A stretch of DNA of 59,269 nt from a virus (lineage: Duplodnaviria; Caudoviricetes), in the IMG/VR virus record IMGVR_UViG_3300023174_002791, positions 1 to 59,269 of that record; one strand, 5' to 3'. Shown here in pieces: positions 26,524 to 34,958 of this stretch. A program made the translations under genes and the position numbers. Every line of letters begins with the position of its first letter. Position 1 is the first letter of the stretch. Under the pieces are notes generated by a model. It had not been told where the DNA came from. It saw only the letters and a program-made list of their open reading frames with translations, and did not search any database.

Positions 26524-27212
26524 ACATCCCACCAAGTATCAATACTGGTCATACCATTGATGATGGCTTCTTGTTCATTCCGACCAAGTAGCACAGCAAT
26601 CACTTGCTTTTTGTCTACAGTCGCTTGAATGACTATTGAATTATCTTTCTTCAAACGTTGAGCAAAGAATTTTGCTTTCTCTTTATCAAACGTCCACGAT
26701 AATCCTTTTTCATTGACTCCTCTTTGACATCCACGATAAACAGTCACAGTGTCAGGCAGTTTCTGATAGTAGAAAAATTCTTCTTCATCCATCAGATGCT
26801 TTTTCTCTGGTCTATCTGAATTAAACAGGCGTTGCCATTGAGCAAGATTCTGCCAAGCGTTCTCTGTATCTGACCAAATCGCAACTAGGAATTGCCAGTA
26901 GTCACGGTCTTTCATCTTGTCAGCAATCTCAATGAACGCTTCAATCCTGTACGGACGTTCGTGCAACCAGATGTACTTAGTCCAGTTGCTTTCTTTAAGC
27001 GCTCGCTGTGTTTCTGCCACTTTGAATTTATACAGATGATTAGCAGCACCGTTATTGATTAGAGGTACTTGATAAATCAACGGGTGGCGTAACTGCTCAC
27101 CCATTGCCCCCTGCTCTAAGTACGGACGGAGTTCAGGTAACAATTCTTGCGACAATTGTTCTTTAATCATCGCTTCGTATTGTTTGAAATCATTTATGTT
27201 TGGCATTGTCAT
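26520..27212 (-). CDS. Hypothetical protein with ADP-ribosyltransferase-like C-terminal motifs
   Basis: VYRG, SWT, EQE in R-S-E order. Confidence 0.5.
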   Translation of the reverse strand: MTMPNINDFKQYEAMIKEQLSQELLPELRPYLEQGAMGEQLRHPLIYQVPLINNGAANHLYKFKVAETQRALKESNWTKYIWLHERPYRIEAFIEIADKMKDRDYWQFLVAIWSDTENAWQNLAQWQRLFNSDRPEKKHLMDEEEFFYYQKLPDTVTVYRGCQRGVNEKGLSWTFDKEKAKFFAQRLKKDNSIVIQATVDKKQVIAVLLGRNEQEAIINGMTSIDTWWDV

Positions 27213-27424
27213 TTACGAACACTCCTTAATTCTCGTCCACGTGACACCATAACTGTTTCTGCCTCTATGCCATACAGACGTAGAGCATCAGCAACCATCT
27301 CATTGAGAATGTCAGCAAAGTTCTCGCCAACCCTCATACCGTTAGGTGGAGTAATTACAACTCGGCATCTAACACTGAATGGAACACTCCACAATGTTGA
27401 TGTGTCCTTGATGTCTTCACTCAT
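27209..27424 (-). CDS. Hypothetical protein
   Basis: ORF with GGAGG SD. Confidence 0.55.
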   Translation of the reverse strand: MSEDIKDTSTLWSVPFSVRCRVVITPPNGMRVGENFADILNEMVADALRLYGIEAETVMVSRGRELRSVRK

Positions 27425-27425
27425 A

Positions 27426-27560
27426 TCAATAACCTCCAGTGCTAGTAGGAATCAGATTGAATTTGCGTACACATTCTTTACAAACGGGGACTTCAAATCG
27501 GTAGTCAAATTCTTCATCGCAGTTCTTAAAACACTTTTCGCAATATGGCAGTTCACTCAT
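27426..27560 (-). CDS. 44-aa zinc-ribbon-like micro-protein
   Basis: Hand-called; CEKC...CKEC. Confidence 0.5.
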   Translation of the reverse strand: MSELPYCEKCFKNCDEEFDYRFEVPVCKECVRKFNLIPTSTGGY

Positions 27561-27677
27561 TTGATTACCAACCATCCGTTATGAACAAAGACATAGCAGT
27601 AGAAGAAACCCATAATGAACATAAACGTTCTGGTCTGAATCAAACGCTCTATGTCGCCAGGTAACGTGCGACGTTCT

Positions 27678-28109
27678 TTAGTTTTTTGGCACACTTGAAA
27701 ACACCTCGCTCTCTTGCGCTTCTTCACCGAACGTTTCGGCGTAGAGGTTTCTACCTTCAGTCCAGTCCAACCAACTGCCGTCAGAAGAAACTTGAAATGC
27801 GCTTCCAAATTCTTTCTTCAAACAGATAAGGACTGCTGTGACTACAGCATCGTAAGGACGCTGACCAGTTTTACAGAAAGAGAACTCTTCACCGTTCTCA
27901 AGAACAAATGATTCGTTACCAAATTGGGCGAAGCCATTGAACGAAACCATCGTTGCGCTTAAATCAGGTGAACCCTGACCCATTACATCTCCGAGCGGAA
28001 TACCAGCGTCATCTGCGACTCTGATAATCATTGCAACTTTCTTTGTGAACGCAGCGAACTTGTCTGCATCCACCGTTTCTGGCTGTCGCCAGTAGTGTGT
28101 GTATCCCAT
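27678..28109 (-). CDS. Conserved phage hypothetical protein
   Basis: MGYTHYW, F.FCKT..RPYD..V.AVL, SSDG. Confidence 0.7.
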   Translation of the reverse strand: MGYTHYWRQPETVDADKFAAFTKKVAMIIRVADDAGIPLGDVMGQGSPDLSATMVSFNGFAQFGNESFVLENGEEFSFCKTGQRPYDAVVTAVLICLKKEFGSAFQVSSDGSWLDWTEGRNLYAETFGEEAQESEVFSSVPKN

Positions 28110-28110
28110 A

Positions 28111-28377
28111 TCAGTTTCCTCTCATAGTGGTTGAGTTAGCACTTACATTACCAGCCATATCGCTTACCTGTAAAGTGTCAACGAGTTCATTGACACAGTT
28201 CTGAAGATTCTCGTCAGCGGCAACAGTTGAGTCCATCAACGTCGGGTGTTCGCCAATAATTCTCAACAGTAGTGCGACATACCATTCACCTTGCGTTCCA
28301 AGACTGACTTGATTGTGCCTTAACAAATCAGACACTTTTAGAACAGCCTCTCGTTGCTCTTTCTGGAATTGCGTCAT
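28111..28377 (-). CDS. Hypothetical protein
   Basis: ORF with AAGGAG SD. Confidence 0.55.
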   Translation of the reverse strand: MTQFQKEQREAVLKVSDLLRHNQVSLGTQGEWYVALLLRIIGEHPTLMDSTVAADENLQNCVNELVDTLQVSDMAGNVSANSTTMRGN

Positions 28378-28392
28378 TACAAATCTCCTTTT

Positions 28393-28482
28393 CTAGTCTT
28401 TGTGCCAGCAGTCGCATCCGCAACGCTTGGCGCAGTATTCGTGTTCGTTGTCTAGACAGTTATGGCAGACAGCGGTGGACAT
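28393..28482 (-). CDS. 29-aa Cys/His-rich micro-protein
   Basis: Hand-called; 6 Cys, TAATG coupling. Confidence 0.45.
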   Translation of the reverse strand: MSTAVCHNCLDNEHEYCAKRCGCDCWHKD

Positions 28483-28661
28483 TAGAGGTCTCCCATTTCT
28501 GCATCAACCATACGGCTCATTCCAAGATACCGACTGGTATCAATTGTCAGGTCAGCGCACCAGAGGCACACTTTGCCGAAACGCTTCTTGAAGTACGGGT
28601 CAACAAATGCCTCGCTGGAATCTGCATTGCACTTCAGGCACTTATAAGTTTTGGTCGCCAT
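28482..28661 (-). CDS. 59-aa zinc-ribbon-like protein
   Basis: Hand-called; CLKC...CLWC; TAATG coupling. Confidence 0.5.
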   Translation of the reverse strand: MATKTYKCLKCNADSSEAFVDPYFKKRFGKVCLWCADLTIDTSRYLGMSRMVDAEMGDL

Positions 28662-28990
28662 TACGCTTTCACCTCATTCATAAATTTGATGAAGTTCTGC
28701 GCTGACGCAAGGTCATTAGCGGAAGCAACCTCGGTTGCGCCTGTTGTTGCAAACGAGTGCGACACTCTTTCTACATCTGGCAACATCCAGTTGCTATACA
28801 CAGCAACAGGGTTGGCAAGAAGTTCAATAAAGTTTTCTCTCGAATCACGCTTGACTTCAACGAAGCCAACAACTTTTCCGTTTCGGGTGATTACAACTGA
28901 ATCGGCTGCGCCGAGTTCAATTACGGTTGGACTGAATTTCTGGATTGCAGTCATTGGTCGGATTGTTGCGCCGAATGGTGTCTCAGTCAT
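28661..28990 (-). CDS. Hypothetical protein
   Basis: ORF with AAGGAG SD. Confidence 0.55.
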   Translation of the reverse strand: MTETPFGATIRPMTAIQKFSPTVIELGAADSVVITRNGKVVGFVEVKRDSRENFIELLANPVAVYSNWMLPDVERVSHSFATTGATEVASANDLASAQNFIKFMNEVKA

Positions 28991-29107
28991 TTACGCACTC
29001 TCCTTGTTAGTCAAGTACGAGAACTTGCAGTTCTCACAGGTGATTAAAACAAGCATCGGTGCTACTGAATCTTTTGACCAGAAGTGGTCACAGTTCTTAT
29101 CAAACAT
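28991..29107 (-). CDS. 38-aa Cys-containing micro-protein
   Basis: Hand-called; CDH.W...CENC; GAGG SD. Confidence 0.45.
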   Translation of the reverse strand: MFDKNCDHFWSKDSVAPMLVLITCENCKFSYLTNKESA

Positions 29108-29334
29108 TTTCGTTTCCTCACGTAAGGGGGGTTGTGGGTTTCCCTTACGAAAGAAACATTGCCACCAACGGTTTTCGTCTGTCTAGCCGTCGATGGGCGT
29201 GTTTCGTAAAATGTGACGGAGATAACTTCAATGCTCCATAGGCTCCAGAAGGGTCTATGAGGCGTGAGGCGTTAACAGGGCTGGGAGGGCGTTTAACAAC
29301 ATCGACCCCCCGTTTGCTTCCTTCGGTATTAACC

Positions 29335-30954
29335 TCAGAGCGTCCAGCCGCTAGGCTGCGTTAGGGATATTGGGGCTATGGGTGTGGAGTTTCTGTAACG
29401 CGGTGGGGTGTACAGGGCTAACAACACTGCCTCTGCTCTATCGGGCGAGTTCATACCACGCCGTTTCATCTCTGATTTCTTTTCAATGACAATACGCCCA
29501 CTTGAATCTGATTTGTACGTCGGTGTCGATAACTGCGCCAGAGTTTTACGGTCAAGGTTCAAACGAATCTCTTGGGTTACACCTTCTTCAGTACGCTGAG
29601 GTTGCAACAATTGACGACAGTTCCACCACATCTCGGCACGCTGGTTTCCAAACTTTGCAGCATCGCCAGCACGCTCTCCAACGCTTACGGGAATTATTTC
29701 AGACGAATGACGCTTCTCATCTTTCCAACGGTCAAGCACTGACCTGACACCCCAGCCAACACCAATAACGTCAATCTTCACACGAACTTTCTCAGTGACA
29801 CCGCGCTCGCGATGCACTCTTTCTGCGGCAAGAATTTGTTGCAGGATTACACCTGCTACGTCAACGGCATTAGCGTTAGCGGCACCAGAACTGTTATGAC
29901 GTACAGATAGTTTCCCACCGTCATTCCAAGCAATAGCAAATTCGTCTCCACCATCTGATGCAACGTCTACGCCAAGTTGAATTGTTTCCCCACTCATAAA
30001 GTCCTCATTGTCAGTAGACATCTCAGCCCAAGACAACGGAATCACTTTGTTTGTACTGCTAGTTGGAAAACGTGCGTGTACGCGAGCCTCTACGAAAGCA
30101 GAATCATCTCCGAACTCTGAGATTACGTCATCCACCCAAGTCTTATCAACGAGGTGGTCTGTTACTGGATGTTCAGATACAGAAGGTGGACAAGATGAAC
30201 AGATACCAGCATCTTCGCCTGTGAAGTTAGGAGTGTTATAAGCGGAGATAGGGATTACGTTATACAAATCTGAATTACAAGCGCGTTCGAAGAATGAACC
30301 TTCTTGGTCTGTAGGTGGATTACCCAATAACAATAAACGTGTATGACCACCAGTCATAAGCGCTTCTAATGACCTGCCTAAAGTTTCATTGATACCGCCA
30401 GCCTCATCAACAATTACAAGTAAGTGAGGAGCGTGGATACCCTGAACAGCAGACTCATCATTCTGTCCACCACCAAAACCATAACCAACAATGTTGTTAT
30501 CTATCTTCCACTCTACGGTAAAGACTTCACCAGCAAGGTTATGCCTTTCGTGGACTTTTCTAATGCCCTGCCACAAGATGTTTCTGACCTGACGGAAGGT
30601 TGTCGCTGTTGATACAACTTGAGCAGTGCCTACTGGGTGAACTGAAATCCACCAAGCAACAATACGTGCGGCAATGTGTGACTTTCCAGGGGCGTGACAA
30701 GCAGGAACAGCAGTACGTTTGTTATCACGAACGCTCTCAAGAATTTCCTGTTGCTTTGACCATACGTTCTCTTTTAAGCCTTGCGTTACAAAACCTACAG
30801 GGTCATTCTCAAAACGTAGCCAAGGATTGCTGATTTCATTGTCCAGCAGATTCTTTAGGGCATAACGTTCCTCAGCATTGAGTGAAGGATAAATCTTTAA
30901 TCTATCTTCACGCGGGAGACTGAGCAGACGCTGTACTGGATTAGCGTTAGTCAC
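29335..30954 (-). CDS. terL: Terminase large subunit
   Basis: Walker A-like H.PGKS, VIVDEA, GNP, nuclease GVDVA..G.D and SPDRAEA. Confidence 0.92.
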   Translation of the reverse strand: MTNANPVQRLLSLPREDRLKIYPSLNAEERYALKNLLDNEISNPWLRFENDPVGFVTQGLKENVWSKQQEILESVRDNKRTAVPACHAPGKSHIAARIVAWWISVHPVGTAQVVSTATTFRQVRNILWQGIRKVHERHNLAGEVFTVEWKIDNNIVGYGFGGGQNDESAVQGIHAPHLLVIVDEAGGINETLGRSLEALMTGGHTRLLLLGNPPTDQEGSFFERACNSDLYNVIPISAYNTPNFTGEDAGICSSCPPSVSEHPVTDHLVDKTWVDDVISEFGDDSAFVEARVHARFPTSSTNKVIPLSWAEMSTDNEDFMSGETIQLGVDVASDGGDEFAIAWNDGGKLSVRHNSSGAANANAVDVAGVILQQILAAERVHRERGVTEKVRVKIDVIGVGWGVRSVLDRWKDEKRHSSEIIPVSVGERAGDAAKFGNQRAEMWWNCRQLLQPQRTEEGVTQEIRLNLDRKTLAQLSTPTYKSDSSGRIVIEKKSEMKRRGMNSPDRAEAVLLALYTPPRYRNSTPIAPISLTQPSGWTL

Positions 30955-30962
30955 AAATAGTC

Positions 30963-31514
30963 CTAACTGGATTCTGTTTTAGGTTTAGCAACGGCTTTCT
31001 TTTTAGGCGCTTTCTTTTTAACGGGTTTTACTTCTACGGCTTCTTCTATCTCTTTAGGTTTGTCTTTTTCACGTATAGCAATAACCTGATTTAACTTGCT
31101 TTCAAGTTCATCTACGCTAACTGTAATGGATAAAGGAGCACCATTAGCGCCTGTGATTTCTTGCCTCTCAAAACGTCCCCATTTACGAGGATACGAACGT
31201 TCAAGATACCAAGCAGCAGCAGACCAAGTCCCCTCCATCGCAGCCTTCTGGATTAAAGCAAGCGAACGAACTTCTGAATTGGCTCTAGTTTTCTCTACTG
31301 CCTCGCAAAACTCGCGGTACGGAGTTTCTTCTGGGTCAGGAACAGCATCTTCGTCATCAGACATACGGGTACGCTCGATACGCCCACGCTCTAGCCACCG
31401 ATACATTGTTGCTTCGTGGATGCCAGCATAAGCAGCAGCAGTCTCTATGTAGTTACCACTGTTAAGGGCTTCAACAACCAATGCCTGTAATTCAGGTGTT
31501 AGTTTTGTTTTCAT
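30963..31514 (-). CDS. terS: Terminase small subunit
   Basis: HTH (GNY.ETAA.YAGI...T.Y.W), W.AAAW.LER, EITG..G.P; adjacent to terL. Confidence 0.8.
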   Translation of the reverse strand: MKTKLTPELQALVVEALNSGNYIETAAAYAGIHEATMYRWLERGRIERTRMSDDEDAVPDPEETPYREFCEAVEKTRANSEVRSLALIQKAAMEGTWSAAAWYLERSYPRKWGRFERQEITGANGAPLSITVSVDELESKLNQVIAIREKDKPKEIEEAVEVKPVKKKAPKKKAVAKPKTESS

Positions 31515-31541
31515 TATATGATTATGTTACAGCAAAGTTAC

Positions 31542-31736
31542 TTACTCAGTAGTTAATCGTTCCACTTCTGCTTGCAAACGAGCAATACGTTCGCTCTTAT
31601 CTGGGTGAACCTTGATACCAAGAGCAATTGCTTCTTCTCTGTACAGACGACGATAATCTTCTATGTGCAACTTGCTGAGACGAGTGAGGGCTACATTGCG
31701 AGCGCGTTGTGCTCTGTTACGAATTGCTTCAGACAT
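31542..31736 (-). CDS. Hypothetical helical protein
   Basis: Start re-called at MSEAIR behind AGGAG. Confidence 0.55.
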   Translation of the reverse strand: MSEAIRNRAQRARNVALTRLSKLHIEDYRRLYREEAIALGIKVHPDKSERIARLQAEVERLTTE

Positions 31737-31799
31737 TGATTCTTCTCCTAGGTTGATTAATGGTAGCCATACAGTAGTCACAAATTACAGATTTGTCAC

Positions 31800-32003
31800 C
31801 TACGTTTTGGGTACAACAGTGATAGTACAAAAGTGACCATCTTTGTTGTAATACTCAATTTTATATGACGGCTCTGGGCTTTCGTGGAGAAGAATACTTG
31901 CTACAGAATGAGGGTCAATTCCGTGAGGCTTACAGTATGCAACAAATTCAGCACGTAACGCTGCTCCCTTTTTTCTTGATTGATAAGTGATAACAGTAGG
32001 CAT
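31800..32003 (-). CDS. Hypothetical protein
   Basis: TAATG-coupled ORF. Confidence 0.5.
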   Translation of the reverse strand: MPTVITYQSRKKGAALRAEFVAYCKPHGIDPHSVASILLHESPEPSYKIEYYNKDGHFCTITVVPKT

Positions 32004-32170
32004 TAGCGACGTTTGCCTTCTTTAACCAAACAATTGAAACACTTGAAAATCATATTCTCGCCATACGAGTCTTTAATGTATTCCCCTCCACTGACAGAAC
32101 CTTGCTGATTACAGTGGTCACACAAATCTAACTTAGCATTGTGGATTATAAACATCTCTCCCATTGTCAT
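32003..32170 (-). CDS. 55-aa zinc-ribbon-like protein
   Basis: Hand-called; CDHC...CFNC; AGAGAGG SD. Confidence 0.55.
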   Translation of the reverse strand: MTMGEMFIIHNAKLDLCDHCNQQGSVSGGEYIKDSYGENMIFKCFNCLVKEGKRR

Positions 32171-32186
32171 TCCTCTCTAGTAAGGG

Positions 32187-32345
32187 TGAGCAGTTTTTAC
32201 ACTTGCTCAGGTGCGACATAAACTACCTGCATCTCGGAGGTCGGCTCACCTGACCTTTATCCTTACGCTGGTTCACTATGTCTATGGTGACGGAATCAGG
32301 GGACATTGGCGATAACAGAGAGGAAATCGCCTTGAACGCAGATGC
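32187..32345 (-). ncRNA. Putative structured RNA leader (multibranch domain plus H-type pseudoknot)
   Basis: Non-coding gap with several complementary stems; see finding. Confidence 0.45.
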
Positions 32346-32362
32346 CAAACACCAAACTTGAG

Positions 32363-32587
32363 TCACTTCGTATCAACTTTCTCATACGTATCTGTTTCTA
32401 CATTATAGGATTCTAACTTACGAACTGTTACTTCTTCAACATTGTCAAATTCGTCGATAGAGTCAACAATCTCAGCAAACCAACTTGCTGGATTAGGGTT
32501 CTTTGTATCGTCATAGCGAAACCACACAGTTACAGTGGCTTTGCCATAACGTAACTTCTTGGGGGGCTGGGGTTTGACTTCACTCAT
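32363..32587 (-). CDS. Hypothetical protein
   Basis: Overlapping-coupled ORF. Confidence 0.55.
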   Translation of the reverse strand: MSEVKPQPPKKLRYGKATVTVWFRYDDTKNPNPASWFAEIVDSIDEFDNVEEVTVRKLESYNVETDTYEKVDTK

Positions 32588-32900
32588 ACTTAATCACATC
32601 CCAACCTTTGTAGCCTTCTAGGTCAACGCGCCTAAGATTGAACGTTGTATCTCTCCCTACGGACGCTTCTATCTTTCTTAACGCGTGCAAAGTCTTAGGA
32701 CAAATGACAATCTCTGCAAGCGTGAGAATTTTCTTAGGTGTGGAGTAAGGGTCAAAGATTTGATGCCAGTAAGTGAGAACAACAAAATAGTTTTTATTAT
32801 GTACACCCCACGCCTGATTTAACAGTTCCATACCTTTTTCACACAGTACAACTTCAGCATAAAAAGTTGGACGGGTACTGGTCTTTGACACCTTACACAC
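32580..32900 (-). CDS. Hypothetical protein
   Basis: ORF in operon; start uncertain. Confidence 0.5.
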   Translation of the reverse strand: MCKVSKTSTRPTFYAEVVLCEKGMELLNQAWGVHNKNYFVVLTYWHQIFDPYSTPKKILTLAEIVICPKTLHALRKIEASVGRDTTFNLRRVDLEGYKGWDVIKYE

Positions 32901-33533
32901 CTACCCTAGTTCTAGTGTGTCTTCATCAAGCATACCTTCTGCCTGAAGTGACGCACGGGGACGTGGAGGATTGACAGGTTCTCCTAATAGCCCTGTACGA
33001 ACAGCACGGGCTTTTTCTTGATAGATGTCTGGGAGATTAGGGTCAGCATTTTCTAAAAACATTCCTTCATCAAAGAAATGGTCAAAGCCTCTACCCATCT
33101 TCTTACCTGCATACGTGTGCTTATCTAAAGCAACATCTGGAATTTCTTTGTATGGAATATGGTCTGACCACGCCCACATCTTTGAATGGTCACAGATACG
33201 AGACTTCTTTGCTCTAACTAAAAGCAGAATTGCGTGAACCATATACATACGCTCTGGGAATAGACGCTCATCTTTCTTTTTCTTTTCTTGAACCCAGTTC
33301 TCATAGAGCGCACGGATTGTTGCTGGTAAGTATGGCTCTGCAAGCCCTATATCTTCTGAAGTAATAATACGAATACGCTTCCAAACATATTCCCCATAAC
33401 CACTTCTATCTAATTCCGCAGCCCAATATAAAGAATCTTCTTCCCATCCACGTCTAATTGATTTCTGAAATGATGAAGACACTTCATTGAATAAGTAGCC
33501 TCTAATTGTTGGCGGTATTTTTTGAACGGACAT
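32901..33533 (-). CDS. MgsA/RarA C-terminal-domain-like protein without ATPase
   Basis: S.FQKSIRRG, YWA, W.R....SEDIGLA, IPD.ALD.HT. Confidence 0.7.
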   Translation of the reverse strand: MSVQKIPPTIRGYLFNEVSSSFQKSIRRGWEEDSLYWAAELDRSGYGEYVWKRIRIITSEDIGLAEPYLPATIRALYENWVQEKKKKDERLFPERMYMVHAILLLVRAKKSRICDHSKMWAWSDHIPYKEIPDVALDKHTYAGKKMGRGFDHFFDEGMFLENADPNLPDIYQEKARAVRTGLLGEPVNPPRPRASLQAEGMLDEDTLELG

Positions 33534-33606
33534 TTGTTCCCTCTCTGTAGTAGTGAGAGAAATAATGCCATAACCCTAGTTAGGTTTGTGGGATTTCACA
33601 GATGTC

Positions 33607-34353
33607 TCAACGGAAGATTTGACTGTTAATGATTGGTTGCCACTTGTGCGTGATACCTGCTCTAGCGTTGCCTTTCTTTGCATCGACTGCATCGCCAAAA
33701 TGTTCTTTCAAGATATTAAATGAACGCTCAAGTTCATCGTGCGTACGCCAATTAGCGAGACCCCCTGTGTTATGGAATGTCGCTTTATGGTGGAGACCAA
33801 ATCGCTGGTCTACAAACACCATACGGTGATGGTACATATTCAGTAATGCAATCCACATATCGTTGTTCACGTACATATCTGGTCGCCAGTAAAACTTGGC
33901 TCCCTTGAGTAATCCTAAACCGTGACCATTTACGAATCCTGTTAAACGGAAAGGTCTCATCGGTGAACACATTGCAGGGTCTTCCCACGGAGCAAATCCC
34001 CACAGGTGTACGCCCATTTGACGAGCAGTGTCTGCTGTTCTTTGTACAACGGCATACGCTCTCTCAGGCGACATCTTATAAGTTTCACCTGCGGCAACTG
34101 ACAAATCGGTCATAGCGGTAATGTCATCATCAACTTGGAAGACATCACCCCAGTAATCATAAATCCACTGACGCTTTGACGCTAAACCTTTAATGCTGTC
34201 AGGGTGTACAACGATTTCTTTATCTGGATACGCCTCACGGTATAACTTCTCCTGAGATTCAGCCACACAAAGAATTGCCATCGGGAAAACTTTGAACGTA
34301 GTGACATTGCCAGCCCGTCCGTGCGTGGGAATAACTATTGCTACTTCCCCCAT
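33607..34353 (-). CDS. GT-A glycosyltransferase (TET-associated GT / GREB1-like)
   Basis: IVIPT.GR, KRQWI, VDDD, ND..I, N.GG. Confidence 0.7.
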   Translation of the reverse strand: MGEVAIVIPTHGRAGNVTTFKVFPMAILCVAESQEKLYREAYPDKEIVVHPDSIKGLASKRQWIYDYWGDVFQVDDDITAMTDLSVAAGETYKMSPERAYAVVQRTADTARQMGVHLWGFAPWEDPAMCSPMRPFRLTGFVNGHGLGLLKGAKFYWRPDMYVNNDMWIALLNMYHHRMVFVDQRFGLHHKATFHNTGGLANWRTHDELERSFNILKEHFGDAVDAKKGNARAGITHKWQPIINSQIFR

Positions 34354-34958
34354 AGCGATTTCAACCTTTCAATTGTTACAACGTGCGACGTGCCTACAAC
34401 TTCTTTCTTGTACGACTTCTCCATACGCAGGTCAAACTTTGTTCTCATATACGCAGCATCTGTTTCATTCGTAGCAATTACAAGAACATAGTCATAATTT
34501 TCTGATGGTCGAGCAACAATTGGGAAGATAGGGTCTATCTCTTTATTAGGTTTATCAAGTTTCGCTAATAACTTATCAATTGCATCTTGGTCATAACCAG
34601 GAACGGGACCAACTTCCTGAAGTAGTTCTGCAAGCATTACGTCGTCCCACTTGGCTAAATCACCAGACGCGTTATCTGCAAGGCTTCTTCTTTGTGCAGT
34701 CGCGTCATCATCATCTACCCACGCAACGTCAATGTGTGTCCAGCCTAATGTTTGTGCGGCTTTGTATAAATGGTTACCAGCAATAATTCTTTTAGTCGAA
34801 CGCTGAACAACAATTGGTCTGTGCTGACCAAACTCTCTAATGGATTCTACAATTGCTGCAACGTTACCTTTACGAGCATTACGTTGGTCTAGAACTAATT
34901 CCGCAAGCGGTACTGACTCAACATCCATATTAGTTAAGTTAGTTTTTTTGTCAGCCAT
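34341..34958 (-). CDS. ParB/Srx-like nuclease-domain protein
   Basis: NAR.G, SI.EFGQ.RPIVV, IIAGNH, ADN. Confidence 0.85.
   Translation of the reverse strand: MADKKTNLTNMDVESVPLAELVLDQRNARKGNVAAIVESIREFGQHRPIVVQRSTKRIIAGNHLYKAAQTLGWTHIDVAWVDDDDATAQRRSLADNASGDLAKWDDVMLAELLQEVGPVPGYDQDAIDKLLAKLDKPNKEIDPIFPIVARPSENYDYVLVIATNETDAAYMRTKFDLRMEKSYKKEVVGTSHVVTIERLKSLWGK

Noticed and set aside
32190-32360. tRNA gene
   Set aside because: No T-loop (TTCRA) or cloverleaf spacing; no tRNA recognised elsewhere either
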